From NCBI GenBank assembly GCA_017499595.2, contig CM038998.1, positions 3,596,001-3,660,000 of the forward strand: DNA of 64,000 nucleotides, read 5' to 3'. The notes beneath the pieces were generated by a model. It saw only the letters and a list, made by a program, of their open reading frames with translations, had not been told where the DNA came from and ran no database searches. Position 1 is the stretch's first letter; each line of letters begins with the position of its first letter. The translations under genes were made by a program, and so were the position numbers. This document shows, piece by piece, positions 1-11,944 of the stretch. Origin of the DNA: Psilocybe cubensis. Lineage: Eukaryota.

Positions 1-1390
1 TGATGGTCGAGGTAGGCTTTTTCTGGACAGGAATCTTGGATTTCTCACTGCTTCCAGTGCTTAAAAGGGTGTCCATAAGAAGTAAGTCGCGCTGTATGCG
101 ACGAGAGAGAAGCTGGAAGACAATATAAGCGTGTACGAAATGGATGTCTCTTCCTCCGCTTGTCGAAGTATTTGCAGAAGTGCCGCTAAGCTAAGATCAA
201 AGATAAGAAATCGAGAGCAGTTGAAAAATACAAAAGATCTGAACACACTTGTTGGGTTTCCTGTAATTTCCTAGCAACTTCTTCTGCGTCACTTAGAGCT
301 GACAGAACAGCGTCATAAGCAGTGACACCCAGCTTGGTTTTCTTGGCTGGGTTGCGGTTATCGTCTCTGATTCCAGCTTCAGCCTTTTGAACGCGCAAAA
401 GAACATCGACTAGCTCGGGATAGCGGACGGGAACTGGTTGGTCCTCCCAGGTGATGGGTTTGAGATTAGATGCGGAGGAGGAAGACTTTTCTTCTTTCTG
501 GAGCTTAGCCAAAAGCGCATCGCAGTTCTCTACAAGCTCGTTGCGATATTTGGGGGCGATTTCAGCTACAATTCCGTTGACATCGTAGGCTTTGGCTCGA
601 CCCAGTTCGTGGGCGCAATAACGAATTTCTGGGCTGATTTCATCGGAGAATAGAATTGCTAAAGCTTGATCACGGCTGGTCGAAGACGTCTCTGCGAGGT
701 CATCTAGCAGAGACCTAGCTACGCTGAGCTGAATAAGTGCATCTTCAAAGTCATCTCGGTAGCGGAGGAATCGACCGTTGAGAATGATTGTATAAATACT
801 GGCCTCGACCAAGTTTTCAGCAGAGAGGCGAGAGGAGGCATACAGACTCTGGCAAAGAGAAAGAAGCTGGGTAGACCAGTGTACTGCTCGTCGGAATCGA
901 CCTGTTGCACTGTGTCGTAGAGAGCTTGCTTGGTCCTTGTTGGCCGGTAAAAGAGATGAGCTGGTGAGCTCTTGAGAGTATGCCCATGCGCGTTCTGCCT
1001 CGAATAACAAGAGTTGAAGACTAATTGCGATAGATTGGAACAGCTTCAGGTGGAAATGTAGTGGTTACGCACTGTCCGTCCTTTACAATATCGGCCGTCA
1101 AAGGGGGCAGTTTTTTGAAATCCCTTCCTCTGCCATGCGTCATCTTTAGGCTAGAACGCAGACGATGCGTCCTATTAGCACAGTGCTTACTGTATCACAG
1201 TCTAATTAGCCACCCTTGTAGTAAATTCTACATAAGACCCACCGATAGCGTGTCAGGTCATTATAACGCAAGCCATATGCATTTCTCTGCTCATTTGCAA
1301 GCTGAAGGGCTGCGATCGTTGATTGAACACTAGTATCCCCTCATTGAGTGACACGTACTCACCTCTGAATACAACGACTTTGTCTGTCAT
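1..1390 (-). CDS. SRP68: Signal recognition particle subunit SRP68 (multi-exon; 3' end runs off the window start)
   Basis: ATG at 1390 (MTDKVVVFR, then GTGAGT donor). Spliced peptides [18 protein letters not shown]-like, [40 protein letters not shown] and [23 protein letters not shown] match SRP68 conserved blocks. Confidence 0.9.
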
Positions 1391-1528
1391 GAGTGTGAAA
1401 ATTCTAGGACGTTCGGGTGGATAGGTGATGGATTGAGAAAGGATGAGCAGCGCATCAAAACCGATCAAACTCATAAGCTTATCATAAATTCATTTCACGC
1501 TCATTCCTCATCTACCACTTACTTTGCA
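1391..1528. promoter_or_regulatory. Probable bidirectional promoter shared by SRP68 and GET3
   Basis: Only 138 bp separate the two divergent ATGs. Confidence 0.6.
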
Positions 1529-2955
1529 ATGGAAGGTGAACAGCTGCCACCAACTCTTCAAAATATCCTCGATCAGACTTCGCTGAAGTGGATTTTCTGT
1601 GGTCAGATCTATTGATTGAATCTTCAAATTGAAATTAACGGTTCGTCATCTAATTACAGGAGGAAAGGGAGGTGTTGGTATGTGTTCGATCCTGTACTGT
1701 CTTTTACATCTCTTCTAACGCATTGTAATAGGCAAAACGACTACTTCGTGCTCTCTCGCTATTCAGCTTGCCAAATGCCGCAAATCGGTGCTGTTGATTG
1801 TACGCGCAGTCGCGATGGCTCTTCCCCTGACATTCGTTCGCTCACCATCGGTTCATTGCAGTCCACAGATCCTGCTCACAACTTGTCGGATGCCTTTGGA
1901 CAAAAGTTCTCCAAGGACGCCACGAAAGTCAATGGGTTCGATAACCTTTTCGCCATGGAGATTGACCCTACGAGCTCTATTCAAGAGATGGTCGAGCAGT
2001 GTAGGCCGTCTTGTCAACCTTGAGGAATGGCGTTTGCTGATCCATAGTACTATAGCTGATTCAAACGGCATGATGGGCTCCATGATGCAAGATCTGGCCT
2101 TTGCTATCCCTGGTGTAGATGAAGCTATGAGTTTTGCAGAGATCATGAAGTGAGTTATACACCTCTGCATTGCGAATACATGCTGAGGCACTGGTTTACA
2201 GACACGTCAAATCTATGGAGTACTCTGTGATCGTCTTCGATACCGCACCAACAGGTCATACCCTTCGTTTCTTGTCGTTCCCTACCGTCCTCGAGAAAGC
2301 ATTGGGAAAGCTCAGCAGCCTCGGATCTCGGTTTGGGCCTATGATCAGTCAGGTACATCAAGTTTGCCTTGCAAGGTTAACTTCATTTAATGCGATAAAC
2401 AGATGTCAGCGATGATGGGGGGAGAAGCTGGCACCCAAGAGGATATGTTTGCCAAATTGGAGAACATGCGTGCCGTTATTACTGAGGTCAACACCCAATT
2501 CAAAGACCCAGTGAGGAATCTTTATTCAGAAAAGATCCAGGACGATGCTAATCGTGACTTAAAATTTACAGGAAAAGACCACTTTCGTCTGTGTTTGCAT
2601 CTCGGAATTCTTGTCTCTGTACGAGACAGAACGTCTGATTCAGGAGCTTACCGCGTACGAGATCGATACCCACAACATCGTCGTGAATCAGCTGCTGTTC
2701 CCTAAGAAATGTACGCTCAAATCTGACTATTGGGTTTTCTATACTGAAAATATCTGGCATCTAGCTTCGAACTGTGAACACTGCTCTGTCCGTCAGAAGA
2801 TGCAGCAAAAATACCTTGGCGAAGCTCATGAATTATACGACGAGTTTTTCCACATCGTCCAACTTCCATTACTTACAGAGGAAGTTCGTGGGCCGGAGAA
2901 GCTGAAGGCTTTCAGCCAGATGCTCGTTGAGCCCTACGTTCCTCCACAGGATTAA
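1529..2955 (+). CDS. GET3: Get3/ASNA1 (ArsA-family) ATPase for tail-anchored protein targeting, multi-exon
   Basis: [34 protein letters not shown] (P-loop assembled over 3 exons), [45 protein letters not shown], CxxC (CEHC), [10 protein letters not shown]; stop TAA 2953-2955. Confidence 0.96.
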
Positions 2956-3164
2956 CCTGTTTCCCACCATATAACACTTACCCTTGCTCTGTCAAATTAA
3001 TATGCACGAGTAATTCATACCAAGTTCCATAGTGATTAAAAGTGCCTACAACTACAAAGAGCAATAAGTGTGGTCTACAGGTACACAAGATAAGTAATGC
3101 GAGAATAATTTACAGTTTGTTAGGGGAGGGATGGAGTTAGTGTAAGGATTAGAATGTGAGATTA

Positions 3165-6100
3165 TCATGATGCAAGAACACGTTCTACTTCTTCTGACCA
3201 GTCGAATCCTTCGCCGTTGCCGATAGGACGCGGCTTTCGACGCGGCGTTTTAGGGCGCTGCTTGAACGCGCGCTGGTTGCCGCCCTCGAAGCGTTTCCCG
3301 GTAGCTTGCTGCGCGAGGCCTTTGACTTCGCCGAAATCTTTTGTCGCCTGGGCCTTGAGGAACGCGGGGCTGCTCGCGCGGTGCCTGAGGCAGTTCGTCT
3401 CCTGGTATCCCTCCAATGTGCCCTCGAACGGCTTCCCGCGCTCGTCTGGCATCGGCGCCCCGTCCTTCATCAGCGAGCCGCCGTTGGTCTTTTCGAGGAC
3501 CTTGACGATGTCCAAGCTCTCGCCTGGCGGGATCGGGACGGGCTGCGAAGGCGTCACACACGGCATGTCCACCTCCTTCCTCAACACATGGTCAACGTCG
3601 ACCGCGGAGAAGAACGCAACGCCCTGCGGGAGATCGTCCATGCCCAACTTGTACGCGAACAGCGCGCGGGTCCACAGGTTCGCGATCTGCATCGCCAGCG
3701 CCGCGCGGTACCTGTCCTCTTCGGCGACGAGGTAGCGCAGCTCGTCGTGCACGGAGAGCATGTACCGCGCGTTGATGCCGTATTTCGCGATGAGGTGGTC
3801 CATGGACACGATGAGCAGGTGGAGGTAGTCGACGCCGGAGGACTGCACGGCCCAGTTGATGCGCGAGGGCATGTAGTCCGTGCCGAAGCCCTCGGGGAGG
3901 TACTCCTTTGACAGCGCGTACGTGACGCCGCACCCGAGCGCGGGCGTCTGCGGCTTGTCCGACGTCGCGATCTCCTCGAGCTTGTTGAACAGGTAGCTCT
4001 CCGTGCCCCCGAACCAGAATTTGCGGTCAAAGATGTCCGTGCGGTGCGTGTTCTTTCCTTTGGTCGACGCGTACAGGTTGTCCGCGAGCTTCTGCGCCTC
4101 CTCCGGCAGCATGCTCGCGTTCGACTGGAGCAGGAGGAGCATCGCATGCCGCATGCCCGCGCCGTAGATGCGCGAGTAGTTGAACACCTTGGCCTGGTCG
4201 CGCGAGATCCCGAGGATGCTCGCGGTCTTGGAGTGCAAGTCCGTGCCGGCGGCCTTGGTGCCCTCGAGCGTCATCCACCCAATCGCGCTCGCGCCGTGGA
4301 ACCCAAACTGCGCGTCGCCCATGCAGCTCGCGATCCAGAGCTCCTCGCTGTCCACGTCGGCGCCGACGATCGCGTACCCGCGCGGCGCGCGCACCATCGC
4401 CTTGAGCTCGCTCCCGACCCGCGTCTTCTTCGCGTTGCTCGCCGTCAACCACGTCTTCTCGATCGCGCGCCGCGTGACGGTGCCCATCGTCGTCATCTGC
4501 GGGAGAATGATGCCGTACTTCCCCCCCGGCTCGCTCGGTTGCGGCAGCCCCAACGTGCACTGCTGGGGCTGCTGCCAGATGACGAGCTGGTTCATGACGC
4601 GATCGCGCGCCGAGATCCAGTAGCTGCACATCGCGTTCAGATCGAGCGCCTCCTTCGCCTCGTCGCCGGGACTCCTCAGCGTCCCGTTCACAGCGTACTT
4701 GAGGAACGTCTTGCCAAGTGGATTCGCCACATTCGCCGCATCGCCGTCCTTGTGCGGGAGCTTGTAGAACAGATACCCCTTCGTCAGCGCGGCCTGCTGC
4801 AGCGCCTCGTCCTCCGGGGCGTAGAACGACATCGGCGCATAGCGCGTCTTGAACCCGTCCGCGCCGGGCACACGGAACGTCCACCCGTGCTCGCGCGAGT
4901 GGAAGAGCGGGTAGCCGCTCCACGAGAGGCGGAGGAGGATCGGCGCGATGCGGTTGCGCACGGTCACCTCGAGTGTGCCGGGCGCCATGTCCTTTCTCGG
5001 TTTTTTGGCCTCCCAGTACCATTTGGGCCAGATGACGGGTGGGGGTTTGAGGGGTTTGGGTTTGGGGAGTTTGCTGCGCTTCGAAGGGGCGATGAGGGTG
5101 CCGTCGTTGGTGTATTGTTTGGGGAGGATTGTCCAGTCGAGCTGGGAGAGCCATGGGTCGGTCTCGCGCGTTTCTGGGGGAGTGGACACGAGAGAGTTGG
5201 CGAGTGAGGTGATCCGGTGGTGGATATCGTCTTCGTCGTCGATAGCCTCGCACAGTGCCTTTGCAAGATCCGCATCGGTTGATGTCAACTGTCCTGAATC
5301 AAATAGTTTGGCGGCTGCTTTGACGAGGATTGATTTTGTTTTAGATTTTTGGGTAGCGCGGAGCAGGATGGGTTTGATTTCGTCGTCGTCGAGCAGGTAA
5401 TGCCAGCCTTCGTCCTCTGAGAACCGGACAGGATGGCCGGTAAAAGAGAGTTTGAGCAGCATCGGGAGGGTGGTGGGGTCTGTTTTCAGTGCGGCGAGCG
5501 GGTCGGCCAGGAGGCGGAGGTACCATTTCGGCGCGTGCGCGTCGCGGTTGTACAACGCTGGATCAGGTTCGTCTGGGTATTCCTTGAACTATGTGGCAGT
5601 CAGTATAAAGCGTGCAGAATTTTGAGAGAAGTACGAACATCTTCCGGGGGATATATGCCGCGCGATTTGCCTGCGACTTTTGGGGTCCAGTCCAGCTGTG
5701 ACAACCACGGGTCATTTTTCCAGGTCTCCTCTTCGCCTCGGTCCATTAGACTTTTTGCCTCTTCCGCGAGCGCCTTGAGCTTGTTTTGGACCTTGTCTTC
5801 CATATCCTTGCATATGCCCTCTGCGTTCTTGAGGTACGTTTCCCAGTTCTCGTCAACGGGCAGGAATGAGGAGCCCATGGTGAGAATTCCGGCAAACGAG
5901 ACGGGGTGCGGGCACGCGCGCAGAAAGGCGGGTAGTGTCACAGCGAACACGGCGTGGGTGACAGCGACGTCGCTCGCGCAGTAATCGAGATAATCGGTGA
6001 TATTTTCGCGGATCTGGGAGGGCTCGAGCTCCATGAGGTCGTTGCGGGCGGCCTTGTCGAGCACGATGCCGCAGTGCAGCTTTGCGACGTCCGCGAGGGA

Positions 6101-7221
6101 GTTGGCAGAGGTGATGTCTTCCCATTTTTTAGCCTGGGAGGACTCGTCTTCCTCTGCGTCGGGGACGTCGTCTGAGGGCGTGTCGTTGTTGGGTAGGGGT
6201 GGAGATGAGGATTTTTGGCGGAGTTGGACGAGGCTTTCTTCCATGTCTGCGATGAGACGGCGGAGGTCTGCCTGTTTGTCTGGATCCTGCTCGAGGGTTT
6301 CGCGCTCGCGGACCTCTGCGATGAGACCGACGACAGCCTGCACGCTTTCGGCATGGCGCTCCTCTTCCTCGTCGCGAGCCTTGCGGTACTTCATCCATGC
6401 GGGGCGCTGGTGGGCGGATATACCGTGGACGGCGATGTGGAGGGACATGGTATCGACGAAGCGGGTAGCGGTGCCGCGGGCGTCGTACTCGTCGAGAATG
6501 CGGATGCGGTCGTAGGAGACGTTGTGGCCGACGATGATCTGGGGTGTTTTGGAACCTGCTCCGAGGGGAATGAGCTGGGCGGGGTCGTCTGTTTCGCCGA
6601 GAAGCCAGGGGGAGATCCAGGCGTACCATGCGTTCGGTGAGGCGGCGCAGGCCATGACGGCGTATGGGTGGTACTTGGGCATGGTCTCTACGTCGAAATC
6701 GAGCTGGGACTCTGGTACGCCGTCGTGGATGGGATATGGGACGTGCTCAGAGTAGCTGGATCCATCGGGGAGGTAGTAATACTTTGTCCAGCCGCTCTGG
6801 ATGTGCCAGTCGTCTGGCTTTGGAGGCAGCTGTGCAGCTGCGAAGCGCTGGGAGAGGGCGAGCCATGGCTGGGCAGCGTGTGCGCCGATGCGGTGAAAAT
6901 GCTCTGAGATGTTATTGCCCTGGAGCGGGGGCAGATTGAAGGATGTTTCTGGGAGAGCAGCGGTCTTTGTTGGGTCGAGGCCGTGTGCGAGGAGATGCTC
7001 GCGAGATATACGGATGTGTTCTTTGGGAGGAGGGGGAAAGGTGACATTTTTAAAGACCTGGCGATGTAGACTGGGAGAGAGCAGCTGTACGCCGACCTCG
7101 TTGCGCTTAACTGAAAAATGTTAGCCTGGGGAGAGTTGATAGCTAGAAACTTACTGGCACGCTGGCGGAGGATGTCTGGGTCGAGATGGCGTGTCCGAGT
7201 GGAAAGAGACCTGAAGAACAT
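3165..7221 (-). CDS. MIP1: Mitochondrial DNA polymerase gamma (family A), 3 exons (introns ~7112-7155 and ~5589-5638)
   Basis: Exo I FDVET, Exo II VGHNVSYDR, Exo III YCASDV; Pol A IVGADVDSEELW, Pol B AKVFNYSRIYGAG, Pol C SVHDE; N-terminus MFFRSLSTRTR resembles a mitochondrial presequence. Confidence 0.97.
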
Positions 7222-7342
7222 GGTCACAGTCCATGTGTGCGTGACTGTTCGTGGGCGACCTAGAAGAGAGAGGCATGATCATGAGAAGAGCACAGCCACG
7301 GTAGCAGCAGAAATTGCGGTGAATGGTTGTGTTCTCTGCAAG
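7222..7342. promoter_or_regulatory. Probable bidirectional promoter between MIP1 and DOT1
   Basis: About 121 bp between divergent ATGs (7221 and 7343); DOT1 start is inferred. Confidence 0.5.
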
Positions 7343-9507
7343 ATGATCTCCTCCTCAAAGCCTCTCGTGTCTGCCCCTCTCTCTACGCGCCTTCCCCGCA
7401 ATCCTCCTCCTCCCCGCAGCAGCAGTGCCACGTCTACCCACTCTTCCCAGTCACCCGTCTCCTCCTCCCTCTCTGCCTCTCCAAGTCCCCAGAAGAAGCG
7501 CAAGTCTCTCCCTGCCGCTGCGCCCCCCGCTCCTGGCCCCTCGGAGCCCCCGCGCCCTGTAAAGCGTCTCCGCACCACGTCTGCAGCCCCAGCTGCGAAG
7601 CAAAAGCCAAAGAAGAAACCAAAGGCCGCGTCCTCAAAGGCAAGCTCGCGTGCTACCAGTCGCAATGAGACCGCGCCACCCTCTCCAGAGCCTCTCTACT
7701 GCAGCAGTCGCTCCCGCTCAACCTCTCTCTTCCCTCCAACCCTCGACCCCCTCCCCAACCCCGTCCGCGAGCGCCGCTGGATAACCGACGAGAACGGTGA
7801 CCCAGGAGATCATCATCTCAGCTCAGAGGCCGTCGTAAAGCGCCTCATGAAAAAATACAAGTCTTGTATGTCGCTTTTCTTTTTTTCCGTCAGATGAGAC
7901 CTCACCCGGTACTCCAGATTTCAAGAATCCAAATGACCCCAATGACAAGTCTTTCGAGCCACATCCTACCAACTATCCTGTCGTCGAACTCGAGTATCCC
8001 AACTCGTTTGCTGCAGAAAGGTATCTTCTTTTTTTTCCCCTGCCGTGTGCCATGTTTCAGTGCCACTCGATCACCCGAGTACATGCCCCTCTTTTCCCCA
8101 CATTGCTTATATTTTATACTAGATTCATACTCCTCGCTCCAAAGGACAAAGATCATTACAACCCCATCATGGACCTTGAAAGGACCTTGTACACCATTGT
8201 AGAATGTCCGTGTCCCTTTCCATCCTTTTCACACATGGTTTTCATTGTCTCTCTCTCTCAGGTTACGTTCCCAAGGAACACCAGGCCACATTCGGCCCTA
8301 TCCCTACTGACACACTAACCGAGGCCGTATCCCCTCCCCCGTCCCCGTCTCCGTCCCCTTCTCCGCCCCGGTCAAACGCGAGCTCTTCCTCTAGTTCCAG
8401 CCTAAGCTCCCTTTCCACCTCCAGCTCGTCCCTTACTTCTCTATCTTCTTCCGTCTCCTCCGCAGCAGACCGTCTCCCACTTTTGCGCGCCGTTCAGCGC
8501 GCAATCCACCTCCAAGATGGTCCTCTCTTCCTCATGGCCATGAAACGCGTCAACTCTGCCTTGCAAGCCCTCAAGTACCCTGCCCTCTCAATCACCGATC
8601 CCTACGCCCCCGCGCCCCGCAATGCCCTTATGCAGACCGTCGAAGGGTGGACGCAAACTGGCCTGCCCGAGCCCGTCCTCATGCGCATCATCGAGGAAAA
8701 CTACCAGCGGACCGTAGGTCCGAACGTCCCGAGTTTAAAGCACTACGAGGCCTTTTCCAGCACAGTGTATGGCGAGCTTATGCCGTCCCTTGCACAAGAG
8801 ATGATTAGGATTACAGAGCTCAAAGAAGATTCGCTGTTTTTGGATCTGGGCAGCGGTGTGGGCAATGTCGTTGTCCAGGCTAGTTTGCAGACGGGGTGTA
8901 CGAGTTATGGGATTGAGCTCATGCCACACCCCGCGAGGGTTGCGAGGGATGTGGTCGATCAGATGAAGGTGCGGTGTAGGATGTGGGGGGTGGTTGTTGG
9001 CGAGATGGAATTGGAAGAAGGGAATATGTTGGAGAGCAAGCGTGTGGACGAGTTGATTGCAAAGGCCGACGTCGTTTTGGTGGATAACAAGGTTTTCGAG
9101 ACTAGTTGTGAGTTTATATTTTCTTGCAAGTTGATTGAGGATTTATACTTGTTTAGTAAATGAGGCTCTGCGGCCCAAGTTTTTAGATCTTAAAGAGGGC
9201 GCGACGGTTATTTCCTTAGCGCCCTTTGTCAGCTCGATAAATGCGCGGTTGACGAAACGTAACGTGCGTCAAAACCCTTTCTTTTCCTCTTTCTTTATTG
9301 ATCCACAAACAGGTTGACGACATCAGCGCTATATTCGATGTTAAAGAGCGCCCATACCACTCGGGAAGCGTTTCATGGGGCAACAATGGAGGCACATACT
9401 ATCTGCACAAAGTAGACCGCGAAGGGTACTCCCGCATCAAAGAGAAATTCGAGACGATGCACGGTAGCAGCGTCAGACCGGCCAGGAGCTCTCGCTCGCG
9501 TAGATGA
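7343..9507 (+). CDS. DOT1: Histone H3K79 methyltransferase Dot1, multi-exon
   Basis: YEAFSSTVYGELMP, SAM-binding FLDLGSGVGNVV, YGIELM, ADVVLVDNKVF, C-terminal SVSWGNNGGTYY; basic S/P-rich N-terminus. Start codon inferred. Confidence 0.93.
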
Positions 9508-9746
9508 GTTCTTTTTCCATGGTGGATTTATTATTTGTGGTTTCTTGATTGGCTTGAGGATGGATAAGAGTGTGTGTATGTTGAGGACTGTACTTACTGT
9601 AACAGAGACGAGACAATGACTAATTAATATATATCCCCCCGACAAACGAACATCCTGCTGTGCTTATTTATGTATAACAGAGGTACAGTAGTGTACATAC
9701 CCTTTTTCGTAATGAAGAGGTGCAGATGAATACAATGAATCGACTC

Positions 9747-10629
9747 TCATGTCGGCTTGGCTTTGGCAGGCTTCTTCAACACTTTGATCCCTAGTGAGTT
9801 TTTGGCGTTGGTTTTCTGCTTCTTTGCTGCCTGTAGTGTTGCTGTAGAGGCGATGAGCGAACGCGCCGAGTCCGAGAGGAGGGTATGTGCCGGCGGCTCG
9901 TAGTCGTCTGCTTTCCGCTTCACCGTCACCGTCGTCGACCCCGACGCCGGCACCTTTGAAAACACCTGCTCAACCAACTTTTCATCCTCCTCCTCCAGCC
10001 TCTTCTTCTCCTTATCCTCCTCATCCTCCACCTCGCGCATCGCCAGCCGCGAGAGCAAGTCGTCCGACGCACCGACGCGCTCGTTCCGCGCATTCCGCGC
10101 GCGGATGTCCTGCAGCGCATCGAGAATGTCCATCTCGCGCTTCGAGTCGATCGTCTTGTTCTCGAGCACCTTCATGGGATTGTTCTCCTCCTCCTCTAGC
10201 TTCGCGAGGCGGTCCTCCTCCTCGGCCTTTTCATCGCGCCACGGCTCAAAGTTGCGCGAGGCGCCGTGCTCAGCGGTGTAGTCGGTGTTGCGCGGGTCGG
10301 TCTTGAACGTGATCTCTGCGGAACACAGCGTGCATTTGATGTAGAAGCGGAAGATTTTGATGCCGAGGTAGTCTTCGCCCTCGACGGTCTCCTTGCGCGC
10401 GTTGAACTTTTTGCCTTTGTAGATGTATTCCCCGCAGGTGTTGCACCGCATGGAGAAGGGCGCCATTAGGCGCACTACTTGTTGCGAGTTTTTGGGGTGC
10501 TTGCGCCGCGAGATGAGCTCGGGGTCAAAGTCCGGTGGGAAGTATTTGTTGAGTACTGCATGGACCGTTATCAGTTGGAGTCGTTGAGGAGGAGAGGAGG
10601 AGGGACGACGTACCTTTGCGTTCTGACAT
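9747..10629 (-). CDS. YJU2: Splicing factor Yju2/CCDC94 (CWC16 family), 2 exons
   Basis: [17 protein letters not shown]...[29 protein letters not shown]...[19 protein letters not shown]. Confidence 0.96.
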
Positions 10630-10992
10630 GGTGGATAAGGTAAGGGTTGAGTGAAGATGCGCAAGTGCTCAAAGTGGAAAGGGTAATTAGGGGATTATGT
10701 CAGCAAATGAACATTGGAATGAACATGGCTAATCAGTCTCACTCTCGCTCTTTCTCTTTTTTCGCCACTACCTTCTTTCCTTTCTCCTCATTTTCTGCGA
10801 TACACCTCCACATACACACACATACGCCCCCCTCCCGATTAACGACAATCCCACTGCACTCTTTCCGCGATACATAACCATTTATCAGATTCTCAGGCTG
10901 CTTTTGCCCCTTGGGAAATAACGAACACAACACCCCCGACACGAAATATCGTTACATATACTCCCCTTTGTCGCTCCAGATAGCTGGACACG

Positions 10993-11742
10993 ATGTCTAC
11001 GCACAACGAAAACACCACCCCGACCCCGTTAGTATCGCTGACTCTCCATCTCGTGCAGTGGCTCATGAACCCTCTTTTTTTCTTGGTTGCGAATACAGCG
11101 AGGACCATTCCATTTCTGAAGGCCTCCTCCCCGCCTTCTCTGCGAAACAGTACTCCCATCTCCCGACGCCGCAGAGGTACGTCGTTACCTTGTTTGCTTG
11201 TGGGCTTACTGAACGCCGCTCGTTAGTCCCACCAGCGATCCGCGGTACGGATATGACCGGCCACACTCCCCAGAGTCGCCTATCGCCAACGGGTGCGCCA
11301 CACTTCTTATCCCTCCCCCCTCCCTTCTCTTTCTCTTGCTCACAGAATCGCACCAGCTTGAACGCTACATCCTCAACCGCCTTTCAGAACAGGCGACAAG
11401 GGAACAGAGCCTTGTGCGTTTGCCTTTCCTTTTTTTTTGAGTGCTTTATGAATGTTAGCGCTTGTCCTGAACATGCATTTATGTATCCTTCGTAGCTCGG
11501 CGGTGGACGATGGTGGGCACCCTCTGCGCGCGCAGTACGGCTCTTCTGCTGCTTTGCAACAATGCGCTACCCCGGAATCGAGGTGAGTGACTTTTGCGTG
11601 CTTTTGTCTCTTTCCCTCTCTCTCTTTGTGTGTGGAGGGATGCTGATGTTTGGGTGCTTTGCAGTCCGCATTTCTCACATATATCTCCTGCTGAAAATAG
11701 CAGCTCTACTACTACTACGCCGCGATACTTGTAGGTTTTTGA
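10993..11742 (+). CDS. Putative small spliced ORF / multi-exon uORF upstream of the PHD gene (unknown function)
   Basis: Canonical introns 11177-11226, 11245-11345, 11414-11495 and 11583-11700 join an open 132-aa frame from ATG 10993. Splicing an additional candidate intron 11028-11098 gives a 48-aa ORF instead. No homolog recognised. Confidence 0.35.
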
Positions 11743-11944
11743 TGTGTTGATATTGGTGGTCTTGTGCTGATTTTGAGGGGGTAGTATACCATCTACCTCG
11801 ACTGATTTTACAACCCCAAAGCAGAATACGTGCGTATTTCTCGCTCGCTCGCTCGTCTCAATATGATCAATTGACCTTTTCCACTCCAGGTCAAAGGAGG
11901 CTGCTTCTCGCAAATCTATTAACCACTCTACATCTAATATGCAA

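Noticed and set aside
3217-6640. Long alternative-frame and antisense ORFs (e.g. 4027-5253, 4044-5207) over MIP1
   Set aside because: Explained by extreme GC3 removing stop codons; Arg/Ala/Pro-rich with no motifs.
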